From assembly GCA_963770835.1 (NCBI GenBank), contig CAVYRH010000007.1, positions 25,076 through 89,075 of the forward strand: a stretch of DNA of 64,000 nt, given 5' to 3'. Shown here one piece after another: positions 30,091-38,637 of this stretch. Within the stretch, counting starts at the first letter, position 1. Every line of letters begins with the position of its first letter. Origin of the DNA: an uncultured Pseudomonadota bacterium (lineage in GTDB: Bacteria > Oederibacteriota > Muellerivitia > Muellerivitales > Muellerivitaceae). The notes below the pieces were generated by a model. That model saw only the letters and a list, made by a program, of their open reading frames with translations. It was not told the DNA's origin and searched no databases. The position numbers and the translations under genes were made by a program.

Positions 30091-31434
30091 TTATTCCAGT
30101 TCGTATTTTTTCAATTTGTTAAACAATGTTTTTCGGGTGACGCCCAGGAGGTCGGCGGCTTTTGACTTATTACCCTTGGTTTCCAAGAGGGCGCGCTTGA
30201 TGTTTTCCTTTTCGGCGTCGCTGCGGCTGAGGACTCCCTTCTCCCCGGAAGGCAGCAGGGTTTTCGCCTCTCGTATTTCTTTGGGAAGGTCTTTGGGAGA
30301 AAGGGTGTTTTCCTTGGCGGTAACCACCATACGCTCAATAACGTGCTTCAATTCCCGGACGTTTCCGGGCCAGGAGTAATTCTTCAAAAGGGTGAGAATG
30401 TCATCGGAAAGCAGGCTGAGCTTCTTGTTAAAGGCCCGGCAGGATTCCTGAAGGAAAAAGTTGGCCAATTGCTCAATGTCCTTGGGGCGGTCCCGCAAAG
30501 CCGGAATTTTCAACGGGATCACGTTCAAACGGTAATAAAGATCGGCCCGGAAACGGCCTTCCTTGACCTCTTTCTCCAAATCCCGGTGGGTTGCCGTGAC
30601 TACCCGGACGTCCAGTGGAATCTCCCGGTTCCCGCCCAGCCGCCGGAGCATTTTTTGCTCCAAAACCTTCAAAAGTTTCATTTGGACGGAGGGTGTCAAT
30701 TCTCCAATCTCATCTAAAAAAACCGTGCCACCCTGGGCCTCTTCGAAAAGGCCGGGCTTCTGCCGCTTGGCGTCCGTAAAGGCTCCGGGTTCATAACCGA
30801 AGAGTTCGGATTCAAGGATGGATTCGGGCAGGGAGCCGCAGTGCAGTTCCACGAAGGGTTTGGAGGTCCTGGGCGACAGGGCGTGGATCAGCCGGGCCAC
30901 GTGCTCCTTGCCGGTGCCCGTTTCCCCCAGGATCATGACGGTTACCTTTTCCTGCTGGGCCACCTGCTCGATTTCCCCGTAAAGCCTCTGCATATCCGGA
31001 TCGGTCAAGAAAAGGTAATCCTTGCGGTACATTTCCTGCTGCTGCCGGCGGAGGGAGGCGACTTCCTTCTGCAATCCGCGTTTTTCGCCGATCTTTTTCA
31101 AAACGATTTTTAATTTTTCCATGTCGATGGGTTTTTCCAGGTAGTCCTCGGCGCCCATTTGCATCGCCTTGACGGCCGAGTCCACCGATCCGGCTCCCGT
31201 GATGACGACCACGGAAGCGGATGGAAAGGATTCATTCAATTTGGCCAGAAGTTCCAGGCCTCCCATATCGGGAAGATGGAGATCCAAAAGGATGATGTCG
31301 GGTTTCAATTGGTTGGCGTTTTCGATGCCTTCGGCGGCCGTATGGGCGGGGAAAGCCTGGTGGCCCTGCTGTTCCAGGAACTTCGCCAGGATTTTCACAA
31401 GGGATTGTTCGTCGTCAATGAGCAGTATCCGCAA
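30091..31434 (-). CDS. sigma54-dependent response regulator (REC-AAA+-Fis HTH; NtrC/AtoC family)
   Basis: Receiver, GETGTGKE, ESELFGYEPGAFTDA, FLDEIG, FRADLYYRLNV, WPGNVREL, KAADLLGVTRKTL. Confidence 0.95.
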   Translation of the reverse strand: MRILLIDDEQSLVKILAKFLEQQGHQAFPAHTAAEGIENANQLKPDIILLDLHLPDMGGLELLAKLNESFPSASVVVITGAGSVDSAVKAMQMGAEDYLEKPIDMEKLKIVLKKIGEKRGLQKEVASLRRQQQEMYRKDYLFLTDPDMQRLYGEIEQVAQQEKVTVMILGETGTGKEHVARLIHALSPRTSKPFVELHCGSLPESILESELFGYEPGAFTDAKRQKPGLFEEAQGGTVFLDEIGELTPSVQMKLLKVLEQKMLRRLGGNREIPLDVRVVTATHRDLEKEVKEGRFRADLYYRLNVIPLKIPALRDRPKDIEQLANFFLQESCRAFNKKLSLLSDDILTLLKNYSWPGNVRELKHVIERMVVTAKENTLSPKDLPKEIREAKTLLPSGEKGVLSRSDAEKENIKRALLETKGNKSKAADLLGVTRKTLFNKLKKYELE

Positions 31435-31638
31435 GGTTTCTGTCCTTTTTATAAAGTCTTAACTCTAATTATAAGTGACACTGTTTATTTATGGCTTGCG
31501 AATAAGAGATTTCCAGGTGATTGAGCCAATAAAAGTGCGTTTTTTTGAATGGCTCAATTTTATTGGGTTTTTGAGAAAAAACCAAAAAGGTGATGGAACA
31601 CAAACAAAAAAGGCTAGACCTTTTTTATTCTTTGTTGG

Positions 31639-32514
31639 TTATTGCATCGGCGGGGGTTGGTTTTTGGGCGGCCCGGCGCGATAGGGGCCGTTTATTTCAA
31701 TACGGCGCCCTTTGTTGATTTTCCAGGCCTCGTAAAGCCCGATTGCCAATATGACCAGCCCGAGGATGTTTTGGAATCCCGCTAAAAAGGGTAGGGCATA
31801 GGCCAACAACAGAAGAGCGCCGCAACCCAAGATAAACTTGCCGAAGTCCATTTGATCTTTCCGGGGTTCGGGATTGGCGGCAGAAGCGGCTTCGGGGGTG
31901 GCGGCGGGATCAACCGTGGTTGGATTGGCGGCGGAAGTCAAAAAAGTATCGGTAGCTAGGGGAGTAACCCCGGGCGTCGCCAAAGAGGCGGAATCGTTGG
32001 AACTGGGAGTCGCCTGAATTTGGGATGGGGAAGCGGCGGTTTGATTTGCCTGTTTGGTTTTGAGGTCGTCTTTTAATTCGCCCACGGCCATGGGGATATA
32101 AGTCAACACAATGGCGTTATAGGTCAGGAACATGGCCAGCAATTGATAGGGCCAGCCACCTAGGCCGTTGGAACCCCAACGAACCGCCGCACCTACCATG
32201 AAACCGACCAGAATCGCCACCAGGCCAAATTCATATCCGGTGGCCTTTTCGATACCGTAATAAATCCCGAAACCTAATAGGGCCGCCAAGCTTCCGGCGA
32301 AGAAGGCCTTTAAGAACCGCTTGACCTGTGAGCCGCCCTTGAATTGGGCTTCGATCTTACGCTTACACTCCATACAAAAGGTTTTGCCGTTAATCTCAAA
32401 ATAGAACTCATCAATGGTTTTTCCACAAGCTGCGCATGAAAGGACGGGAACTCGGGGAGTGTCGAAATCAGCCTTCTCGAACTGCAGGTTGGGATCGCCA
32501 GTATCCGGACTCAT
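31639..32514 (-). CDS. hypothetical membrane protein with N-terminal Cys4 zinc finger
   Basis: CAAC...CMEC, about five TM segments, and an Ala/Thr/Pro-rich loop. Confidence 0.75.
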   Translation of the reverse strand: MSPDTGDPNLQFEKADFDTPRVPVLSCAACGKTIDEFYFEINGKTFCMECKRKIEAQFKGGSQVKRFLKAFFAGSLAALLGFGIYYGIEKATGYEFGLVAILVGFMVGAAVRWGSNGLGGWPYQLLAMFLTYNAIVLTYIPMAVGELKDDLKTKQANQTAASPSQIQATPSSNDSASLATPGVTPLATDTFLTSAANPTTVDPAATPEAASAANPEPRKDQMDFGKFILGCGALLLLAYALPFLAGFQNILGLVILAIGLYEAWKINKGRRIEINGPYRAGPPKNQPPPMQ

Positions 32515-32652
32515 AGAAATCCTTTTAAATAAAATGGGGCATTGAAATTAGAGAAGAAATCGAGGCAATTATACAAAATAAAGGTTGTATAGGTGGGGAA
32601 GTATTAAATGGAATTTTAAGGCTTTTCACAAATCCAAAACTTAAAACCGACG

Positions 32653-33312
32653 CTAAAAAACACCCCGGAACGGGTCCACGTGCTCCGAGTCCAGCATGAC
32701 CTTAAAACCCACCCGGCCCGAGTAAATTTGGGTTAAACCTTGCCAGGCGATGAGATGGTCCAGGCCCTCAACATAAAGGAACCACTGTTTCCCGTCGCCT
32801 AAGGGGAAGTCCATCCCGGCCCCGGCATTCATGGAGAAGAGCATGTCGAAGGAATTGCTGTAAAAATTTGAATTGGATAGTGGCTGGTATTGGTCCACCA
32901 CCAAATCCATACCTCCGCCCACCAAGAGGTAGGGAACCGTGTTGAAGTTCTGGTGGACGCGGTCGTATTTCGATCCCCAATACCACCGAACGTTCACGGT
33001 CAGGGCGAAGTCGTTGGTCGGCTGCACGATCTGGTAGGCCGCAAAGCCGTTTTCCGTGGTGGGAGCCTGGCTGACGGTGACCGGCAGGTTCGGCATGGTG
33101 TAATAGTCCATGCCCCAAAGGCCGTCAAAATCGTCCGCAAGGCTGATGCCCAGCCAAAGCCCCCCTTCCGGCGAGGGGGTGCCGCTGCCTAAGAAACCCG
33201 AAACTTCACTTGAGCCCAACTGGCCTAGAATGCTGAAATTCGGGGGTTCAGGGGTTTGGGCCAACGCATGGCCGCCTAAAAAAATAAAAAATACGAATAG
33301 ATATTTTTTCAT
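32653..33312 (-). CDS. putative outer-membrane beta-barrel protein
   Basis: Signal peptide MKKYLFVFFIFLGGHALA (ATGA overlap with the upstream gene); alternating strands PYLLVGGG, NAGAGMDF, LYVEG. Confidence 0.65.
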   Translation of the reverse strand: MKKYLFVFFIFLGGHALAQTPEPPNFSILGQLGSSEVSGFLGSGTPSPEGGLWLGISLADDFDGLWGMDYYTMPNLPVTVSQAPTTENGFAAYQIVQPTNDFALTVNVRWYWGSKYDRVHQNFNTVPYLLVGGGMDLVVDQYQPLSNSNFYSNSFDMLFSMNAGAGMDFPLGDGKQWFLYVEGLDHLIAWQGLTQIYSGRVGFKVMLDSEHVDPFRGVF

Positions 33313-33614
33313 GGACGGACGCGCCCTTGAAGGGATTTTCGAACGCGGCTCCAGTACCACCACTTTTTTTGCGGCGCGGGCAAACGGGGATTCCGGGCCT
33401 GGGCCACCGCGCAAGTGAAGGTGTCCAAAACGCAGGGATCCTGGCGGTGGCCGGTGATTTTGGAAAGCTTGTCATAAAGGGCCCGGGGATTAGAGTTCGC
33501 CAGTTGTGAAACCGACCGGATGCCGAGCCGGTCGAAGACGCGCAACATGGCCGGGCCGATGGAAATAAGGTCGGAAAGCAGGCGTTTCTTCTTTTGCGGA
33601 ATGGATTTAGGCAT
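33309..33614 (-). CDS. helix-hairpin-helix protein, Cdd1 / mitomycin-resistance-like family
   Basis: DLISIGPA..LGI, LYDKL..QDPCVLDTF.CAV, KWWYWS. Confidence 0.82.
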   Translation of the reverse strand: MPKSIPQKKKRLLSDLISIGPAMLRVFDRLGIRSVSQLANSNPRALYDKLSKITGHRQDPCVLDTFTCAVAQARNPRLPAPQKKWWYWSRVRKSLQGRVRP

Positions 33615-33668
33615 GCCCCAAATTATGGGGCAAAAACCCCGGGAAGGGAATAGCCCCGGACCTGACGC

Positions 33669-34316
33669 TCAGAAAGGCTTTTCGCAGTCGGGGCAAACAA
33701 AGCGGGCCGCGAACCAATGCCCATCCGCCCTGGCGTAGTCGGGAAAGAATTCCACTTCCATACCCACCTTGCATTCGGGACATTCGAAACCGTTTTGAAG
33801 TCCCAAGTCCTCTTCGAGCCTGAGGGCACTCTTCCGTTCTTCATTCATGACAAGCCGGTAGGAATTGAGTTTGCTTTTGTGGCTACAGTCCTTCAAAAGG
33901 CCCTTGATCTTGCTCAAAACCTGCCGGGGGGTGTAAAAGCCCTTCACGGAGTAGTCGTTAGCGCCCAACTCCAGCGCTTTTTTGACGTCCCGGGGTTCGC
34001 CTAAGACGGAAAAGATGATGACGGGAATATCCTTGGTTTGTTCGCTTCGCCGTATTTTTTCCAGGACTTTGAATCCGTCCAGCACGGGCAGTCCGAGGTC
34101 CAAAAGGACTAGGCTTGGTTTTTGGTTGAGGATGACTTCCCAACCTTCTTCGCCGTCGGCGGCTTCCAAAACCTCATAACCGTCCTGTTCCAGCACATCG
34201 CGGTAAATGCGGCGGAATCCCCTTTGGTCTTCCAGGATTAAAATGGTCCCTTTTTTGATCTCGATTGCGGAAGGCTTTAGTTTTTCCCGGACAATGTCTT
34301 CAATCATCAGTTCCAT
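33669..34316 (-). CDS. response regulator with C-terminal Cys4 zinc ribbon (paralog 2)
   Basis: ILILEDQ, LLDLGLPVLDG, then CPEC...GHWF..CPDC. Confidence 0.88.
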   Translation of the reverse strand: MELMIEDIVREKLKPSAIEIKKGTILILEDQRGFRRIYRDVLEQDGYEVLEAADGEEGWEVILNQKPSLVLLDLGLPVLDGFKVLEKIRRSEQTKDIPVIIFSVLGEPRDVKKALELGANDYSVKGFYTPRQVLSKIKGLLKDCSHKSKLNSYRLVMNEERKSALRLEEDLGLQNGFECPECKVGMEVEFFPDYARADGHWFAARFVCPDCEKPF

Positions 34317-34356
34317 TTCACACCTCTCCTTACGGAAGTATTTCCGTTATGAGGAA

Positions 34357-34373
34357 AGCAAGGAAGGTGCCAA
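34357..34373 (-). promoter_or_regulatory. sigma54 -24/-12 promoter for receiver-zinc-ribbon paralog 2
   Basis: Minus strand TTGGCACCTTCCTTGCT, about 40 nt before ATG 34316. Confidence 0.85.
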
Positions 34374-34413
34374 AGAAAAGCCACCGAAAGAATATCAAAA
34401 TCCGCTGGGAACC

Positions 34414-34446
34414 GAGTCTAAACAACCCGTAGGGTTATTTTTACCC
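34414..34446. promoter_or_regulatory. putative upstream activator boxes
   Basis: GAGTCTAAACAACCC-gta-GGGTTATTTTTACCC, 18-nt period; the second box matches 29998-30012 at 13 of 15 positions. Confidence 0.65.
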
Positions 34447-34460
34447 AACGGCCGATAGTT

Positions 34461-35051
34461 CTAAAAGGACTTGCCGCATTTCGGGCAAATAAAATGGGCC
34501 GTGAACCAATGACCCTCGTTCCGGACATAGTCCGGGAAAATTTCCAGGACCATTTCCACACTACACTGGGGGCACTGGTAACCCTTGACGAGGCCGATTT
34601 CACTCTGGAGCTTGGGGGCGTCTTCCACCGCTTCCTGGATTTTTAATTTGTAGGAATTGATCGTGGGTTTGACGCCGACTTCGGTCATGAGGCTCTTGAT
34701 TTTGCTGAGGATTTGACGAGGTGTGTAAAAGCCCTTGACGGTATAGTCGTTGGCCCCCATTTCCAGGCCTTTCTTGACGTCCTTTTGCTCCCCTAGGACG
34801 GAAAAGATGATAACCGGGATGTTCCGCGTTCCGGCGTCGGCCCGGATTCTTTTTAAAACCTCATAGCCGTCGATTTTCGGGAGGCCCAGATCCAGCAGGA
34901 TAAGGTGGGGCTTGCGCTCTTTTGCCATGTTCCAGCCTTCCTCGCCGTCCTGAGCCTCCAAGACCTCGTAACCTTCGTTTGCAAGCACATCATGGTAGAT
35001 TCGCCGGAAACCCGGCTGGTCCTCCACAAGTAGGATGGTTCCTTTAGACAT
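34461..35051 (-). CDS. response regulator with C-terminal Cys4 zinc ribbon (paralog 1)
   Basis: ILLVEDQ, ILLDLGLPKIDG, then CPQC...GHWF..CPKC; overlaps the stop of the upstream kinase. Confidence 0.9.
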   Translation of the reverse strand: MSKGTILLVEDQPGFRRIYHDVLANEGYEVLEAQDGEEGWNMAKERKPHLILLDLGLPKIDGYEVLKRIRADAGTRNIPVIIFSVLGEQKDVKKGLEMGANDYTVKGFYTPRQILSKIKSLMTEVGVKPTINSYKLKIQEAVEDAPKLQSEIGLVKGYQCPQCSVEMVLEIFPDYVRNEGHWFTAHFICPKCGKSF

Positions 35052-38000
35052 ATCCGTCTCCTTTCACTCTTGGTATTTTGACGAAAAAAGCTGAGCCTTT
35101 TCCGAGCTCCGAAACAACCTCGATATCGCCATTTTGGAGCTTCATGAAGCTTTTGGCGATATAAAGCCCCAGGCCCGCTCCGGACCTGGAGGCTTCCGTT
35201 CCCATGACCCTTTCTTTGATGAAAAGCCGCTGGAGGGTTACAGGGCTCATGCCGATTCCCGTGTCCCTAATTTCAATGACACCAAAATCGCCGTAGATCG
35301 ACGTTCGGATCGTAATGGAGCCCTGATCGGTGCACTTAATGGCGTTATTAATAATATTACGGACGGTTTCGACGGTCTTTTCACTGTCAGCTTGGACAAG
35401 GGTTTCTTCCCCGCCCTTTTCCAGCACCAATTGAAGGCTTTTTCTTTGGATGATATTTTCGTAATCCCGGATAGAGGAGTCAACGATTTGCTGGAGGGAA
35501 ATGGGTTTTAAATTGACTGTCATCACTCCGCGCTCGATTTTGGAAAGACTCAAGAGGTCGGAAATCAAGCGGTAGTTTTCCACCCCGATCTCCCTCATGT
35601 CGGATAAATACTCCTGCTGCTTGGGCGTGAGGTTGCCCGCCAGGCCGTCCAGCAAGTTCTCGATATAACCGTTGATTTCCGCGACGGGGGTTTTGAGCTG
35701 GTGGGAAACGACCGAAATCAAGTCGTTCTTCATTTCCTCAATCTGTTTGCGTTCCGTGACGTCCCGCATGATGGAAGTGATGAAAACGCCTGCATCGGTA
35801 AACCACGTATAAAGTGAAAGCTCCAGGGGAAATTCACGGCCTTCATTGCTGAGTCCGACCCATTCGGTGTTCCGCCCGACGAGGGGAGATGTTCCGCCGG
35901 CGAAAGCCCGCCGGAAGTCGTCAGCATGCCCAGAGTAACTCTTTTCCGCCAAAAGAGAAACAAAGGGCCGCCCGTTTATTTCCGTTCTTGAATATCCAAA
36001 AAGCCGGCTCGCCGCCGAGTTGGAGTAGATGATGTGGCCGTAACTGTCCGCCGAAATGATGGCCTCATTGGCGGATTCGGTAACCGCCCGGAATTTTTCC
36101 TCGCTTTCCTTGAGGGCGGTTTCCGCGGCTTTTTGCTCCGTGATGTCCCGCATGATGGAGGTGAAAAAAAGGCCGGCACCGGTTTTCCAGGAAAAATAGG
36201 ATATTTGGGCGGGAAACTCCCCGCCGTTTTTCCGTTTCCCCGTCAATACGAAGGTACGGCCGGGAATGGTCTCCTTCCCAGAAGCGAGATAGTTCTGGAT
36301 GAGCTGGAAATTGCCTTTCCAGGAGGCCTCGGACATCAATTGGCTAAAGGGGCGCCCGAGGACCTCGGCCTGGGTGTAGCCGAAGATTTTTTCAGCGGTG
36401 GGGTTGAAGAAAATGACCAATCCCTTAGAGTCGGCGGAAATAATGGCGTCGTTGGCCGATTCGGTGAGGGTCCTGAACCTTTCCTCGCTTTCCTTGAGGA
36501 CCATTTCGGACATCTTTTGGTCCGTGATATTCTCAATAACGGCAAGGCGAAAGAGGGGCTCGTTTTTGATGTCGAGGACGGTGGAAGCGGAAACCTTGCA
36601 CCAGAGAATGTCGCCTTTTTTGCTGATGTAGCGGCTTTCCACTTGGTAATGGGGGAGGATCTTATCAAAGAGTTTTTGGTTCAGGTTCTTTTCCACGGGC
36701 TGGTCCCCGGAAAAAGTGAAGTCGGTGTAGGGATGCCCCACCAGTTCGTTCTTGGAATAGCCCAGCATGCTCGAGAAGGCGCGGTTGACGTTCACGAAGA
36801 TGCCGTCGGAAAAGGTCAAGGTCATGCCGATGGGGCTTTCCTCGAAAAGGTTCCGGAAAAACTCCTCCCTCTCCCGGAGTGTCTCCATAATTTGCCTTTG
36901 AAGGCTGATGTCGATGCAGGCCGTCAGGGCGAATTTGACCATGCCGTTTTCGTCCAGGATCGGGGCGCCCCAGACTTCCAGGGGGGAAACCCGGCTGGAA
37001 CGGCGTATTTCAATGTCATCCACATGGGTTTTCTCGCCGGCCAAGGCCCGGATGATCGGTAATCTCTCCACGGGATAGGGCTCCCCGGTTTCGGTGCTGT
37101 AAAGATTATAAGTTTCCGAGGATTTTTCGGGGCCGGCTTGGCTCTTGACCGCCTCCGACCCAAACATCTCATGGGCCGCCAAGTTGGCGTAATAGGGGGC
37201 GCCGGAAGGGTCCCGCACGGTGATGGCCACGGGCAGGACGTCCAAAAATTGGAATAAACGGTGCTCGTTGTTCAGGAGGGTTTTAATGAAGAATTTCCTC
37301 TCGGTGATGTCGCGCACGATGGTGGTGAAAAAGACCCCCTCCTTCGTCTCCCACCTTGAAACGGAAAGTTCCAAGGGGAACTCGAACTTGTCCTTCCGTC
37401 GGCCGTAAAGCTCCATTGTCTTGATCTCGACGGCCATGGAAACGAATTTTTCGAAGGAATTGGGCCCGTGTTCCTGGACGAATCTTTCCGGCATCAGCTG
37501 GGTGAGGGGTTTTCCGATCATCTCGGGCTTGGAATACCCAAACAGGATTTCGCCGGCGGGGTTGATGTCGGTGATAAGCCCCGCGGCGCTCGAGGTGATA
37601 AAGGCCTCATTGGCCGTTTCGGCGAGGAACCTAAATTTTTCCTCGCTGGCTCTCAGCCCGTTGACTGCCTCCTGGCGCTCGTGAATCTGGCGGTTGATCG
37701 AGACCACAGCCAAACCGCAGGCCAGGAGGGCGAAGGCCGTGCCGAGGAACATGAACCGCAGGTTGTTTTGGGTCCCGGTTTGCTCAAAGGCCTTGCGGGT
37801 CTTCAACAGCCATATTTGGACGCCCGATATCTGGTCGACCAGGTCCTTGATCTCCCGGTCCGTTTGCTTTTCGTCCTCCATCTGGATGGGACGGACGGCC
37901 AGGTCCGGCCTTCCCGCCTTCACATAGGCCAGGCCCACGCGCATGGAGGTGGACTTTTTCTCAATGAGGGTTCGGAGCCGACCGACGCCCTTGTTGAGGA

Positions 38001-38295
38001 TGGCATCACCGGCGGTGAGGCTTTCGGCGTGGCCGAGTTCCTCCTCCAGCTTGTCCATGCTCGTACCGCAGGCCGCCGCGTAATGGGCTTTTTGGGTCAA
38101 CAGAAATTCGGCGTAATTGGTTTGGGCATCTTTTAAATCGGCGTAGGTCTTTTGGAGTGAAAGGATGATCTGGTGGGAGTGGTCAATCCATTCGGTGTCG
38201 GTTTCCAGCCTTTGGATGCTGAAGTAAGCGATGGCCCCCAGGATCAGGAGGAAGAAAAAGGTAACGCCCAATATCAATTTGACTTTCGCGCTCAT
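35044..38295 (-). CDS. CHASE3-(PAS)5 sensor histidine kinase
   Basis: TM, WIDHSHQII CHASE3-like domain, TM, five PAS/PAC units, VSHQLKTP H-box, GAGLGLYI. Confidence 0.9.
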   Translation of the reverse strand: MSAKVKLILGVTFFFLLILGAIAYFSIQRLETDTEWIDHSHQIILSLQKTYADLKDAQTNYAEFLLTQKAHYAAACGTSMDKLEEELGHAESLTAGDAILNKGVGRLRTLIEKKSTSMRVGLAYVKAGRPDLAVRPIQMEDEKQTDREIKDLVDQISGVQIWLLKTRKAFEQTGTQNNLRFMFLGTAFALLACGLAVVSINRQIHERQEAVNGLRASEEKFRFLAETANEAFITSSAAGLITDINPAGEILFGYSKPEMIGKPLTQLMPERFVQEHGPNSFEKFVSMAVEIKTMELYGRRKDKFEFPLELSVSRWETKEGVFFTTIVRDITERKFFIKTLLNNEHRLFQFLDVLPVAITVRDPSGAPYYANLAAHEMFGSEAVKSQAGPEKSSETYNLYSTETGEPYPVERLPIIRALAGEKTHVDDIEIRRSSRVSPLEVWGAPILDENGMVKFALTACIDISLQRQIMETLREREEFFRNLFEESPIGMTLTFSDGIFVNVNRAFSSMLGYSKNELVGHPYTDFTFSGDQPVEKNLNQKLFDKILPHYQVESRYISKKGDILWCKVSASTVLDIKNEPLFRLAVIENITDQKMSEMVLKESEERFRTLTESANDAIISADSKGLVIFFNPTAEKIFGYTQAEVLGRPFSQLMSEASWKGNFQLIQNYLASGKETIPGRTFVLTGKRKNGGEFPAQISYFSWKTGAGLFFTSIMRDITEQKAAETALKESEEKFRAVTESANEAIISADSYGHIIYSNSAASRLFGYSRTEINGRPFVSLLAEKSYSGHADDFRRAFAGGTSPLVGRNTEWVGLSNEGREFPLELSLYTWFTDAGVFITSIMRDVTERKQIEEMKNDLISVVSHQLKTPVAEINGYIENLLDGLAGNLTPKQQEYLSDMREIGVENYRLISDLLSLSKIERGVMTVNLKPISLQQIVDSSIRDYENIIQRKSLQLVLEKGGEETLVQADSEKTVETVRNIINNAIKCTDQGSITIRTSIYGDFGVIEIRDTGIGMSPVTLQRLFIKERVMGTEASRSGAGLGLYIAKSFMKLQNGDIEVVSELGKGSAFFVKIPRVKGDGYV

Positions 38296-38501
38296 GGAGC
38301 CTTGGGCCCCCTCGTGGGCATTAGGTATCGGGTTTTCGTATCAGCCCAGGCAACAGTTTACTGGATTTAAAATGGCATTTCTTGAAAAGGAATGGGGCCC
38401 GGTAAAAACGCCTATTATTCGTCTCATTTTCAATAGAAACCGGAGGTTAGGAGCGCCGCAGTCCTTTTAGCTGGGTTAGGGGACTCGCATGCCAGCCGAC
38501 G

Positions 38502-38552
38502 CTAGTTGCGCCAGACGCAGCGGTCAAGATTCCGGTACTGGATGGCCTCGGC
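38502..38552 (-). pseudogene. displaced duplicate of the last 16 codons and stop of comM
   Basis: Encodes [16 protein letters not shown] versus com[17 protein letters not shown] (38638-38688); 40 of 51 nt identical. Confidence 0.85.
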
Positions 38553-38637
38553 CCCATTCCCTCGGGATGGGACCGCCCAGGCTCGCTTCTCGCCTTGAAG
38601 GCTCGTCGCATGACGGCCTGCGGCGAAATAAAACTAT

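Noticed and set aside
30770-30790. GAFTDA instead of GAFTGA in the activator as a sign of sigma54 independence
   Set aside because: GAFTDA is a common natural variant, and good -24/-12 promoters flank the gene.
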